Notes under the pieces: model-generated
Databases searched by the model: none
Seen by the model: the letters and a program-made list of their open reading frames with translations, nothing else
Told to the model about the DNA's origin: nothing
In this document: in pieces, positions 17,939-27,499 of the stretch
How the letters are laid out: each line of letters starts with the position of its first letter
How positions within the stretch are numbered: position 1 is the stretch's first letter
Position numbers and translations under genes: made by a program
Source of the DNA: Vulcanimicrobiota bacterium
GTDB lineage: Bacteria > Vulcanimicrobiota > Vulcanimicrobiia > Vulcanimicrobiales > Vulcanimicrobiaceae
Length of the DNA stretch: 64,000 bases
Direction: 5' to 3'
Assembly (NCBI GenBank): GCA_963820825.1
Contig: CAWGBN010000008.1
Span: forward strand, 288,001 to 352,000

Positions 17939-20733
17939 GTACTGCTCCTCGCACGACCTGCGCGCACTCGGCGCAGATCAAAGGATGATCCGGGTCGGTT
18001 CCGAGCTCGCGGTACTTCCAGCAGCGCACGCATTTCGCGCCTACGGCCGCAGTAAGCTCGAGTGCGATGACGCCTTCGTCCGATTCGTCGCCGGCGGAAC
18101 TCTGTACGAGCTCGAGTTGCGAGACGACGAGCGCTTCGCGAAGGTTATCGCCCAGCGGCGCGAGCCGCTTGTACGCAGCGGGAGTTACCGTTAGGCGAAG
18201 CTGCGCCTCGAAGTCGCGCGGCGAGGAGACGCTCGCGACGCGTGCCCGAAGCGCGCGCAGCTGCTGCCAGAGGCGCAGGTCGCCTTCGGCTGCCGCGCCG
18301 CGGTGGCGCCCGGCGTCGAAGGAGGTGTCGAAGATGCTCTCCGCGTCGCCGCGCAGCGCGCGGGGTACGGCCTGCCAGGCCTCTTCCGCAGTAAAAGAGA
18401 GCACCGGCGCGAGCACGGTGAGAAAGCGGGCGAGCACGTAGAGCAGCGCCGACTGCGCGCTGCGCCGGCGCGGATCGTTCGCGGCGCGCGAGTAGAGCGG
18501 GTCCTTGAGCGCGTCGAAGTAGAGGCTCGACACTCCGCTCTCGAACTCGACGATGCGCAGGTAGGCATCGTGAATCTCACAGGCGTCGTATGCGCTCTTG
18601 ACGTTTGCGACGAAGGCGTCGGCCACCGTACAGGCAAGACGATCGATCGGCTCCATCTTTTCGCGTGCCACGATCTCGTTCTCGGGTAGATCGTCGAGAT
18701 TGGAGATCATGAACCGCATCCGGTTACGCAGATTGCGATAGACGCGCCCGACCTGCTCGACGACGTTAGGCCCGAAACGCACGTCGTCGATCGGCTCGAC
18801 CGATGCCGCCCAGAGCCGCAGCACGTCGGCACCCCAGCGATTCATCGCGTCGATGGCGTCGATGCCGGTGCCGGTCGATTTCGACATCGGGCGGCCTTCC
18901 TCGTCGTTGACCCAACCGTTCTTCAGCACGCGGCGATACGGCGCGCGTCCCTTGATCGCGACCCCGGTGATCAGCGAACTGCGAAACCAGCCGCGGAATT
19001 GATCTCCGCCTTCGAGCACCATGTCGCTCGGCCACGGCAGGCCGTCGCGGCCAAGCACCGCGAGATGTGTTACGCCGGATTCGAACCAGATGTCGACGAT
19101 GTTCTTCTCTTTTTCGAAACGCGTGCCGCGGCACTTCGGGCAGGCGAAACCGGGCGGTAGATAGGTCTCGACGGGATCGCTCCACCACGCGTCGGCGCCG
19201 ATTTCGCCGAATCGCTTCGCCGCGAGCCGCGCGACTCGCGCGTCGAGAATCGCCTCGCCGCAATCGAGACAGACCAGCGAGGGAATCGGCGTTCCCCACG
19301 TGCGTTGACGCGAGAGACACCACTCGGGATGCGTTTCGATCATCTGGCGCTGGCGCGCGCGTCCCCATTCCGGAACGTACTCGACGTCGTCGGTCGCATC
19401 GATCGCACGCTGTCGCAGCAGGTTCTGATCCATCGCGAGAAACCACTGCGCGGTCGCGCGGAAGATCACCGGATTGTGGCAGCGCCAGCAATGCGGATAG
19501 GAGTGCTCGTACTCCGCAGCGCTCCAGAGCGCGCCGCTCGATTGTAGGTCTTCTACGATCTTCACATTGGCGGTAAAGATGTTCGTGCCCGCGTACGGCC
19601 CGGCCTCAGCGGTGAAGCGTCCGGCCGCATCGACCGGATTGAGAATCGGCAATCCGTATCTCATCCCGGTATCGAAGTCGTCGGCGCCGTGGCCGGGCGC
19701 GGTATGCACCACCCCCGTTCCGGTTTCGAGATCGACGTAATCGGCCAGCACGACGACCGAATCGCGATCCATGAAGGGGTGGCGCACCGCAAGGTCGTCG
19801 AGCTGCGCGCCCGTGGCGCGACCGATCTGCGTCGCGCGCGCGAAGCGATCGCCGAGCGCTCGTTCCGCGAGCGCTTCGGCGACGATCACCGCTTCGTCGT
19901 CCACGCGATAGAGGCCGTAGGTCGCTTCGTCGCGGACCGCCAGCGCGACGTTCGCCGGGAGCGTCCACGGGGTCGTCGTCCAGATAAGGAACGAAACTCG
20001 TGAGGGCGGCGCGTCACCAGCGTTGTCATGCTGAGCCTGTCGAAGCATGACACGGTTATAGATCCGCTCAGCCTGCTCGGGGGTCGCGGTGAAGCGGACG
20101 TAGATCGACGGCGAAATGCGCTGCTCGTACTCGATCTCGGCTTCGGCGAGCGCGGTTTCGTCGTGGATGCACCAGAGCGTCGAGCGCAATCCTTTGTAGA
20201 TCTGTTGCCGTTCGGCGAGATCGGCGAGTGCGTTGACGATCGTAGCTTCGAAGGAGGGATCGATCGTGCGGTACGGGCGATCGAAAAGGCCGAAGTTGCC
20301 CATACGTACCCGATGCTCGCGCTGGCGGTCGAGCCAGAAGAGCGCGCGTTCTTTGCAGCGCGCGCGCAGCTCGAGCGGATCGATCGTGTGAAAATCGGTG
20401 ATTCCCAGAAACTTGAGCGTTTCGTACTCGATCGGCAGGCCGTGCATATCCCATCCGGGCACGAACTTCGCGTACTTGCCGTCGAGCAGCGCGATCTTCA
20501 CGAACATGTCTTTGAGCACCATGCCCAGCATCGTGCCCATGTGCGGGTTGCCGTTGGCGTAGGGCGGACCGTCGTGGAGAATCCATGGTCCGTTGGCGGC
20601 GTTGCGTTCCAAGCGCCGCTCGTAGGTGGCGTGCTCCTTCCACCAAGTCACGCCGCTCCGGCTCGCGCTTGGGCAGCTCGGCCTTCATCGGGAAGTCGGT
20701 CTTCGGGAGATTTAAGGTTGCGCGATAATCCAT
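17931..20733 (-). CDS. ileS: Isoleucine-tRNA ligase (type 1), with apparent 1-nt frameshift near 20653
   Basis: MDYRATLNLPKTDFPMKA (ORF starting at 20733) plus HDGPPYANG, WTTTPWTLPAN, WCLSRQR.WG, MSKS and C-terminal CxxC...CxxC (ORF 17931..20651). Confidence 0.95.
20024..20052 (+). repeat. Palindromic repeat inserted in-frame in ileS
   Basis: TGTCATGCT-GAGCCTGTCGA-AGCATGACA, a perfect 9-bp inverted repeat; reads VMLRQAQHD in IleRS. Confidence 0.8.
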
Positions 20734-20741
20734 CGTCTCGA

Positions 20742-21827
20742 TTAGCTTAAGAGTTCGCCCAGCACGTCGAAGTTGCGCTCTGCCGCCGCCGCGACCGCCG
20801 CGCGACGTTGCGCGAGGTGCGCGGCGAGCGCATCGCGTTCTTCCACGAGCCGGTCGACCAGCGCATCGATCGAGCTATCCGTGGGACGCGGTTCGCCCGC
20901 CTTCCAGATCGGTGCGAGTGGATACTCCAAGTCCTCGCAGAGCGACGCGACTTTCGGATCGTAGGAGATGGCGAGAAAGGGCACGGCATAGCGTGCGGCG
21001 AGCACGAGCGAGTGCAGCCGCATGCCGACGACGACCCGCGCGTTACGCAGAATCGAGGCCGCCTTCGGCAACGGGCACTCCGGCAAGAGCACCGGGTTCG
21101 ACGCGCAGGCGCGAATGACGTCGGTCGACGCCGCCGCGTCGCCGGCGCCGCCGAATGGAAGGAAGGCCGAGCGAATTTCGTACTGCTGCGCGAGCCGGTC
21201 GACGACGCGGGCGACGATGGCGGGAACGTCGCGAAAGGCCGGGATCTTGCGCACGCTCGTCACGGCGTAGGAACCGCTCTCCGGTCCGAGCCCTTCGCTG
21301 GCCAAATCGGCCTCCGCGTCGGGCGCGTCGTAGAGAAAGACGGGATCGGCGGTCTGCTCGACCGGCGTCTTGGGGAGCAGCTGCTGCAAGAGCAGCCGCG
21401 ATCGCTCGTCGCGAACGGTCGCGCGATCGAGGCCTTTGCAGAAGTGACGCACGACGAGACGCCCCCAGCGATCGAGCGGTCCGATCGACTGAGCGAAGAC
21501 CATTGTCTTGCGTCGCGCGCGAATTGCTTCGCGCAGAATCCCGGCGTAATAGAGGAGACTGCGCAGGCTCGTCGCGCTCTGCAGCAAGCCGCCCCCGCCC
21601 GAGAGGACGACGTCGGCGCGACCGATCGCGCCGCGAATTGCGCGCCAATCCCAGCGCGGCGTCGCCTCGACGCGATGCAAGCGCGCCGTCGCGGCCGGCG
21701 TCGCGGAGAGCACGTCGAGCTCCACCGCGGGGAAGCGCCGGCGCATGCGATCGACGATCACTTCGAGCAACGCTTCGTCGCCGAGATTGCCGAACCCGTA
21801 ATAGCCGGAGAGCAGCACGCGCGCCAT
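20742..21827 (-). CDS. csaB: Polysaccharide pyruvyl transferase CsaB
   Basis: SGYYGFGNLGDEA, SGGGGLLQ..TS.RSL.YY, AQSIGP, GMRLH, SYDPKV. Confidence 0.92.
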   Translation of the reverse strand: MARVLLSGYYGFGNLGDEALLEVIVDRMRRRFPAVELDVLSATPAATARLHRVEATPRWDWRAIRGAIGRADVVLSGGGGLLQSATSLRSLLYYAGILREAIRARRKTMVFAQSIGPLDRWGRLVVRHFCKGLDRATVRDERSRLLLQQLLPKTPVEQTADPVFLYDAPDAEADLASEGLGPESGSYAVTSVRKIPAFRDVPAIVARVVDRLAQQYEIRSAFLPFGGAGDAAASTDVIRACASNPVLLPECPLPKAASILRNARVVVGMRLHSLVLAARYAVPFLAISYDPKVASLCEDLEYPLAPIWKAGEPRPTDSSIDALVDRLVEERDALAAHLAQRRAAVAAAAERNFDVLGELLS

Positions 21828-23821
21828 CACGCCGTGGCCGGCACGAGCCGGCGATAGATCCAGATCGCGATCGCGCCGACCATCGCACCGACGATCAATC
21901 CGAAGACGATGCGCAGCACGGAGATCTCGATCGGCGTGTGCAGGTGCGAGAAGGTGTCGATGACGTCGCCGACGCCGACCCCGATTCCGAGCGCGAGCAG
22001 CCACCCGACCGCGCGACGGTGCGGCGGCAAGAGTGCCGGAAGCAGCATCATAGCGGGGAAACCGATCAAGAACTCTTTGAACCGGGGCCGCACGCTCAGG
22101 ACGTGGGTGAGTGCGTGGCGCAGGGCGAGTTCGAAGGCCGAGGGTGCGACGTCGCTATCGTTGCCGCTGCGCACGATCATGAGCGCACCGAGCGCAACGA
22201 TGGCGATACCGGCGAGGAGCTGATAGATGAGCACCGGCGAGAGAAAGACGTCGCGCGGCCGTTGTACGCTGCCGAAGCGGCGGTCGAACAGATAGAGCGC
22301 GAGCGCGATCACCGGCGGGAGCGCGAAGAATAGGCGCACGCCGCGAAAGCGCTCGATCTCCTCCATCGTGAGCGGCGAGCTGAGCACACCGACGACGACG
22401 AGCGCGCCGAGCAGTGCGACGCCGGTCGCGGCAAGCGTCCAGCCCAGGCTGCGAAGGAACTGCGTGGCGTCGGCCCGCGCCGGAATCTCGTTCCACGCCG
22501 GAATCAGGACGAGCAGTGCCGCGGTTGCAAAGAGCAGCGCGCCGCCGAGGGCAAAGACCGAGCGAACGAACTCGTCGTGATGGCTGACGAGCCCGCCGCC
22601 GTAGAGCAGAATCGTGAGCGCGTATGCGGCGATCGCGATGCTGCGGCGGTAGATGCCGAAGAACTCGAGCAGGATGACGAAGATCGACGGTACGGCGAGC
22701 GCGGCCAGGCCGACGAGCACGCGATTGTTTCCGCGGTACTCCGGAATCGGCGTCGCGCGGCCGAGCCGGAATCCGGAGGCGCGCAGCTGATCTGCGATCG
22801 CTTTGACCATCTCGACGTTCGTCGCTTCGATCGAGAGGTTTCCGTCTTGATGCGTCCACGGGCGCAGGTAGACGACGCGGACGTTTCGTTCGCGCACCCC
22901 GAGTACGTATCGCGCGACCGCTTCGTCGAGCTTGATCTTGTCGAGCTCGGTCTTCGCGATCGCCTGCACGCGCACGGTCCGCCCCGGAATCAGGCGCGCG
23001 AGCGTGTCGTTGCCTTTCTGCACTTGGCTCGGGTCGTACGTCTCGATCGAACCGAAGTTGAAGACGTGACGCTTGAACGCCGCGGCGGTATCCTCCAACC
23101 GATCGGGGTAGCCGAGAACCTGATTGCCGAGCCCAAAGAAGATCACCGTTGAAACCTTGGGATCGTATTGCAAGACGTCGTCGAAGGTCGCTTCGATCTG
23201 CGGCGCCTTGAGGCGCTCGTCGTTCTGAAAGCGCGGAACGACGAGCAATGCGAGGCGCCGGGCAAGCTCGATTTGATCGGTCGGAATCCCCAGCGCGGTC
23301 GCGTTGAAGTAATCGACCTGCGTGCGCACCTCGATCAGCCACGGCCGCACCGGCCGCAGAACGCGCACCGTGCGAGGGGCGAAGTGCAGCGCAAGCTGCG
23401 TGCGGTAGCGCCGATACGTCGCCGCGTCGGAGACGAGCAGATAGACCGCCCCGTCGCGGATGCGGCCGCTCTTCACCATCGCGGCGAGGAGCGGGTCGCG
23501 GATGGGCGTGACGCGCGCCTGGTTTACCAGCGCGCCTCCCGTGGTCGCGTAGGCTTTCCCGTTATCGCCGACGTTGGTTCCAAGCTCCTCGGTCAGCGCA
23601 AGCGAGGTGAGTCCGGCGCGGCGCAGTGCGATCAAAAACGCGGCCGGATTGTAATCGTACGATCGCGCCAGCGCGTCGAAGTCGGTAAAATCCATCGTCA
23701 GCTCGACGCGGCGCGCGTGCGACTCGGTGCGCACCCGAAAGAACGCAACCGCGAGCGCGGCGAGGAGGGCGACGAGCAAAACGGCGGCGGCGAAGCGCGT
23801 CCGCGGAGTGATGAGATTCAC
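21827..23821 (-). CDS. DUF5693-like multi-TM membrane protein (CsaB-associated)
   Basis: ERNVRVVYLRP, FRGVR, RPRFKEFLIGFP, DTFSHLHTP; coupled to csaB. Confidence 0.8.
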   Translation of the reverse strand: MNLITPRTRFAAAVLLVALLAALAVAFFRVRTESHARRVELTMDFTDFDALARSYDYNPAAFLIALRRAGLTSLALTEELGTNVGDNGKAYATTGGALVNQARVTPIRDPLLAAMVKSGRIRDGAVYLLVSDAATYRRYRTQLALHFAPRTVRVLRPVRPWLIEVRTQVDYFNATALGIPTDQIELARRLALLVVPRFQNDERLKAPQIEATFDDVLQYDPKVSTVIFFGLGNQVLGYPDRLEDTAAAFKRHVFNFGSIETYDPSQVQKGNDTLARLIPGRTVRVQAIAKTELDKIKLDEAVARYVLGVRERNVRVVYLRPWTHQDGNLSIEATNVEMVKAIADQLRASGFRLGRATPIPEYRGNNRVLVGLAALAVPSIFVILLEFFGIYRRSIAIAAYALTILLYGGGLVSHHDEFVRSVFALGGALLFATAALLVLIPAWNEIPARADATQFLRSLGWTLAATGVALLGALVVVGVLSSPLTMEEIERFRGVRLFFALPPVIALALYLFDRRFGSVQRPRDVFLSPVLIYQLLAGIAIVALGALMIVRSGNDSDVAPSAFELALRHALTHVLSVRPRFKEFLIGFPAMMLLPALLPPHRRAVGWLLALGIGVGVGDVIDTFSHLHTPIEISVLRIVFGLIVGAMVGAIAIWIYRRLVPATA

Positions 23822-24028
23822 GAAGCGCCTCTCCTTCGACCGATTCACAGAAGGGCCCGCCAAAGGCGAGCCCTCCTGCCGTCGCGTACGCGCGATTCCC
23901 TTATTTTTCGGGCTCGCGCGTACCGGGTGTGGGCGACGCTTTTCTCTCTTTCACGCGGCGCTCGCCGCCCACCGTCGAACGCCGGGCCGTCCCGGTTCAA
24001 CGGTGCCCACTGATCCCCTCCAGCGAGA

Positions 24029-24814
24029 CTAACGCCGCCAAACCGGTCGCCGCCGCTCGAGAAAAGCGGTGATGCCTTCGGTTGCGTCAGGCTCCATTGC
24101 GTTCGACGTCATCACCGCCTTGGTGTACTCGTACGCCCGCGCCTGATCGAGGTCGATCTGCTTGTAGAAGGCCGCCTTACCGATGCCGACGACGCCACGG
24201 CTCGATTCGGCGATCTTTCGCGCCAGTGCGAGCGTTTCGTCGTGAACCCGATCGGGAGCGACGACGCGATTGATCAAGCCCCACGCCAGCGCCGTCGGCG
24301 CGTCGATCGCTTCGCCGGTGAGCAGCATCTCCATCGCACGCTTACGTCCGATCGCGCGCGTGAGCGCGACCATCGGCGTGCTGCAGAATAATCCGATCCG
24401 CACCCCCGGCGTTGCGAAGACCGCCTCGCTCGAAGCGACGGCGAGATCGCAGGCGGCGACGAGCTGGCAGCCGGCGGCCGTCGCGACTCTGGCAACCTCG
24501 GCGATCACCGGCTGCGCAATCGCGGAGATGCGCGTCATCAGGTCGACGCAGGCCTCGAAGATCGCCTCGTAGGTACCGGCGTCGCGCCCGACGAGTTCGC
24601 GAAGATCGTGACCCGCGCAAAAGGCAGGCCCCTCGCCGCGGAGGATGACGACGCGGACCTCCGGATCCTCGGCGACTGCGGCGAGCGCGGCGTCGAGCTC
24701 GCGCATCATCGTCAACGAGAGCGCGTTACGTTTCTCGGGGCGGTTCATGGTGACGAGCGCGATCTCGCCTTCCCGGCCGATCGTGACTTCCGCGGACCCA
24801 GGCATCGCTTTCAT
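24029..24814 (-). CDS. Enoyl-CoA hydratase/isomerase
   Basis: AFCAGHDL, ATAAGCQLVAACDL, GLFCSTP; ATG at 24814. Confidence 0.93.
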   Translation of the reverse strand: MKAMPGSAEVTIGREGEIALVTMNRPEKRNALSLTMMRELDAALAAVAEDPEVRVVILRGEGPAFCAGHDLRELVGRDAGTYEAIFEACVDLMTRISAIAQPVIAEVARVATAAGCQLVAACDLAVASSEAVFATPGVRIGLFCSTPMVALTRAIGRKRAMEMLLTGEAIDAPTALAWGLINRVVAPDRVHDETLALARKIAESSRGVVGIGKAAFYKQIDLDQARAYEYTKAVMTSNAMEPDATEGITAFLERRRPVWRR

Positions 24815-24864
24815 ACCGAATCCTTGGCCCAGGGGGTAGCGATACCCCCCGGGCCGGCGAGCGC

Positions 24865-25338
24865 TTATGGGGCGGTGACGATATCGGATTTGATCTGGGC
24901 GAAGAGCTGGGCGAGTTGCGCCCGCAGCGCCGGCGGGATGTTGAACTTGTCCTCGGTCTGGCCGAAATCCGCGATGCTCGCATTCCACTCGTCTTCGGTG
25001 ATGTTCAGGCCGGCGTGCGCCACCTTCATGTCGCGTCCGGTATAGAGGCACGGTCCGCCGGTCTTCGCGCAGAGAAACTCGACGAAGTGCTGGCGCAGCT
25101 GTGCCTTGTGCTCGTCGTTGAGGCCGACGAAGAACTTCGCCAGCTTCGGATCGGTCGCGAGGCGCCCGATCGCGTCGTCGGTGACGGCGGCGAGCGCATC
25201 GTAGCCGCCGAGCTGTGCGTAGAGCGTCGTCGCCGGCGAGGGCGGGGGGGATTGCTGGGCGCGGGCGGCGCTCCACGTGCTCGCGACGCCCGTCAGGGCC
25301 AAAGCGAAGACCAGCAGGACGGAAAACCGCATTTTCAT
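24865..25338 (-). CDS. Group 1 truncated hemoglobin with signal peptide
   Basis: LYAQLGG, DP.L..FF, TGGPC.YTGRDM..AH; N-terminal Sec signal (ARA-Q). Confidence 0.9.
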   Translation of the reverse strand: MKMRFSVLLVFALALTGVASTWSAARAQQSPPPSPATTLYAQLGGYDALAAVTDDAIGRLATDPKLAKFFVGLNDEHKAQLRQHFVEFLCAKTGGPCLYTGRDMKVAHAGLNITEDEWNASIADFGQTEDKFNIPPALRAQLAQLFAQIKSDIVTAP

Positions 25339-25523
25339 TCTCAAACTCCCTCTCCAAAGAGTAGCAAGGCTTCGGGTATCCGCCGGAGCAAGCGGGCATT
25401 CCTAGCCCTTCCTGCCTCGCGCTCCCTTAGAGGAATATGGGACCTTTGGCCGCATGTTTCGGCCACGTCCGCCGGTTCGCCGGCGGTCTACTTCGAACAC
25501 CTAGCTATTGAAGGAGTTCAAAC

Positions 25524-26099
25524 GTGCGTTTCAGCCTTCTATGTGCGAGCGCAGCGCTCGCGGCAAGCTTGGTCCTCTCCGGATGTTCGACGAACGGCAG
25601 CAGCTCGGCGATTCCGGGCGGCTCGTCGACTACGTCGATGGCCGGTCACCGCGCCCAACTGCACATGGTGATCACCGGCGTGCACCACGCCTACACCTGC
25701 TCGGGCTCGGGTCTCTACGCCTGCTACCTGGTCAACAACGGCGCGACCGACTTCGAGTGGTGCATCGTCAACGTGACGAGCGGCAACTGCACCAGCGACC
25801 TCGCCCCCGGCAAGTGGTCCTGGACGAACACGGCCCCCATCCCGGGTAAGCCGAACACGGAAAAGATCAGCACCATGAAACCGACCGGCGCGGTCAAGTC
25901 GACGTGGGTTGGCCTCACCAAGAGTGGTCACGTCGCCAATCCGATCAACAACGACATCGTCGTCAAGAACAGCGTCAAGTACACCAAGGGCAAACCCGGC
26001 TACGAGTTCTCGTGGCAGGCCTGCGCGAAGAGCGGCCCCTACAAGGGCAGCTGCGTCGCCCCGCCGGGAGCCATCGGGATCATCGTCGGGAACTACTAA
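25524..26099 (+). CDS. Cys-rich hypothetical lipoprotein
   Basis: Lipobox LSGC, GAAGGAG RBS, six further Cys. Confidence 0.8.
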   Translation: MRFSLLCASAALAASLVLSGCSTNGSSSAIPGGSSTTSMAGHRAQLHMVITGVHHAYTCSGSGLYACYLVNNGATDFEWCIVNVTSGNCTSDLAPGKWSWTNTAPIPGKPNTEKISTMKPTGAVKSTWVGLTKSGHVANPINNDIVVKNSVKYTKGKPGYEFSWQACAKSGPYKGSCVAPPGAIGIIVGNY

Positions 26100-26129
26100 A
26101 TTCCCGCCCTGAATCGTTTATCGATTCGC

Positions 26130-26161
26130 AAGGAGGCTTGGCTTCGGCCGGGCCTCCTTTT
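26130..26161 (+). terminator. Rho-independent terminator
   Basis: AAGGAGGCTTGGC-TTCG-GCCGGGCCTCCTT followed by TT. Confidence 0.7.
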
Positions 26162-27491
26162 GTCGTTCGCGCTTGCATTAGCGAGCTGCGCGGTGACCCT
26201 CGCACTAGTTGGGTGTTCGCGTCTCACTCTGAGCCTGTCGAAGGGCGACACGTTCCTGCCGGACCTCAGTGAGACCGGAGCGGGGAAGATCGCGCACGTC
26301 GTCTACGTGATTCAAGAGAATCGCAGCTTCGACGACATGTTCCAGGGCTATCCGGGCGCCGACACCGTTTCGAGCGGAAAGAACTCTAAGGGCAAGACGA
26401 TCTCGCTGCAGCCGATCTCGCTCAAGACGCAATACGACATGGACCACTCGGCGCACGGCATGTTCGTCGCCTGCGACGGCACCGGAAAACTCCCCGGCAC
26501 GAAGTGCCGGATGGACGGCTTCGACCGCGAGCACATTTACGACGGCGGCCCCCGCAACGGCCAATACGCCTACGTGCCGCACGACGAATCGAAGCCGTAC
26601 TTCGAGATGGCCCACGAGTTCGTCGTGGCCGACCGCATGTTCGCCTCGCAGCTCGACGAGAGTTTCGTGGCCCATCAGTACGCGATCGCCGCGCAGGCAA
26701 AATCGAGCGTGGACGTTCCTTCGATCAAATGGGGCTGCCCCGGCGGCCCGGCGGCAACGGTTTCAACGATTACGAACCTCCGCACCTATGGGCCACGCCA
26801 ACGCGCCTGCTTCAACTACCGGACGCTCGGCGACGAGTTCGACAAAGCCGGCCTGAGCTGGCGATTCTATACGAGCAGCTACACCATACCGTTCAGTGGA
26901 TACTGGTCGGCCTATCAGGCGGTCAAACATATCTTCTACGGGCCCGATTGGAATCAAGACGTCATCACGCCGCAGAAGCAGTTTCTGCACGACGTGAAGG
27001 CCGGCAAACTCGCGAGCTTTACCTGGATTACGCCCGAATGTCCCGAGTCCGACCACCCCGCCTGCGGCCACGGATTAGGACCATCGTGGGTCGCCGCGGT
27101 GGTCAACGCGGTCGGGAAGAGCAAGTTCTGGAACTCGACCGCGATCTTCGTACAGTGGGACGATTGGGGCGGCTTCTACGACCACGTCCGGCCGCCGCAT
27201 CGCGGCTACGACGGCCTTGGATTTCGCGTTCCGCTGATCGTCATCTCACCGTATGCGAAGCAGAACTACGTCTCGCACGTGCAGTACGAGACCGCAAGCG
27301 TACTCCGCTTCGCCGAGGATCTCTTCGGCCTGCCGCAGCTCACTGCCGCCGACAAGCGCGCCGCGTCACCCGCCCTCGACTGCTTCAACTTCAAGCAGAA
27401 GCCGCGCAAGTTCGTGCCGATCAAGGCTCCCAAAGGCGAAGACTTCTTCTTCCGTCAGCCGCACGACCCGCGCATTCCCGACGCGGATTAA
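26160..27491 (+). CDS. Phosphoesterase (AcpA/PLC family) lipoprotein
   Basis: LVGC lipobox, [34 protein letters not shown]. Confidence 0.9.
   Translation: MSFALALASCAVTLALVGCSRLTLSLSKGDTFLPDLSETGAGKIAHVVYVIQENRSFDDMFQGYPGADTVSSGKNSKGKTISLQPISLKTQYDMDHSAHGMFVACDGTGKLPGTKCRMDGFDREHIYDGGPRNGQYAYVPHDESKPYFEMAHEFVVADRMFASQLDESFVAHQYAIAAQAKSSVDVPSIKWGCPGGPAATVSTITNLRTYGPRQRACFNYRTLGDEFDKAGLSWRFYTSSYTIPFSGYWSAYQAVKHIFYGPDWNQDVITPQKQFLHDVKAGKLASFTWITPECPESDHPACGHGLGPSWVAAVVNAVGKSKFWNSTAIFVQWDDWGGFYDHVRPPHRGYDGLGFRVPLIVISPYAKQNYVSHVQYETASVLRFAEDLFGLPQLTAADKRAASPALDCFNFKQKPRKFVPIKAPKGEDFFFRQPHDPRIPDAD
26222..26250 (+). repeat. Palindromic repeat in-frame just after the lipobox
   Basis: TCTCACTCT-GAGCCTGTCGA-AGGGCGACA; loop identical to the ileS copy; reads LTLSLSKGD. 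Confidence 0.7.
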
Positions 27492-27499
27492 CGGCGGCC

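Noticed and set aside
24029..25399. 456-aa ORF suggesting a globin-enoyl-CoA hydratase fusion
   Set aside because: The extension is a different frame over the globin gene; the hydratase starts at 24814.
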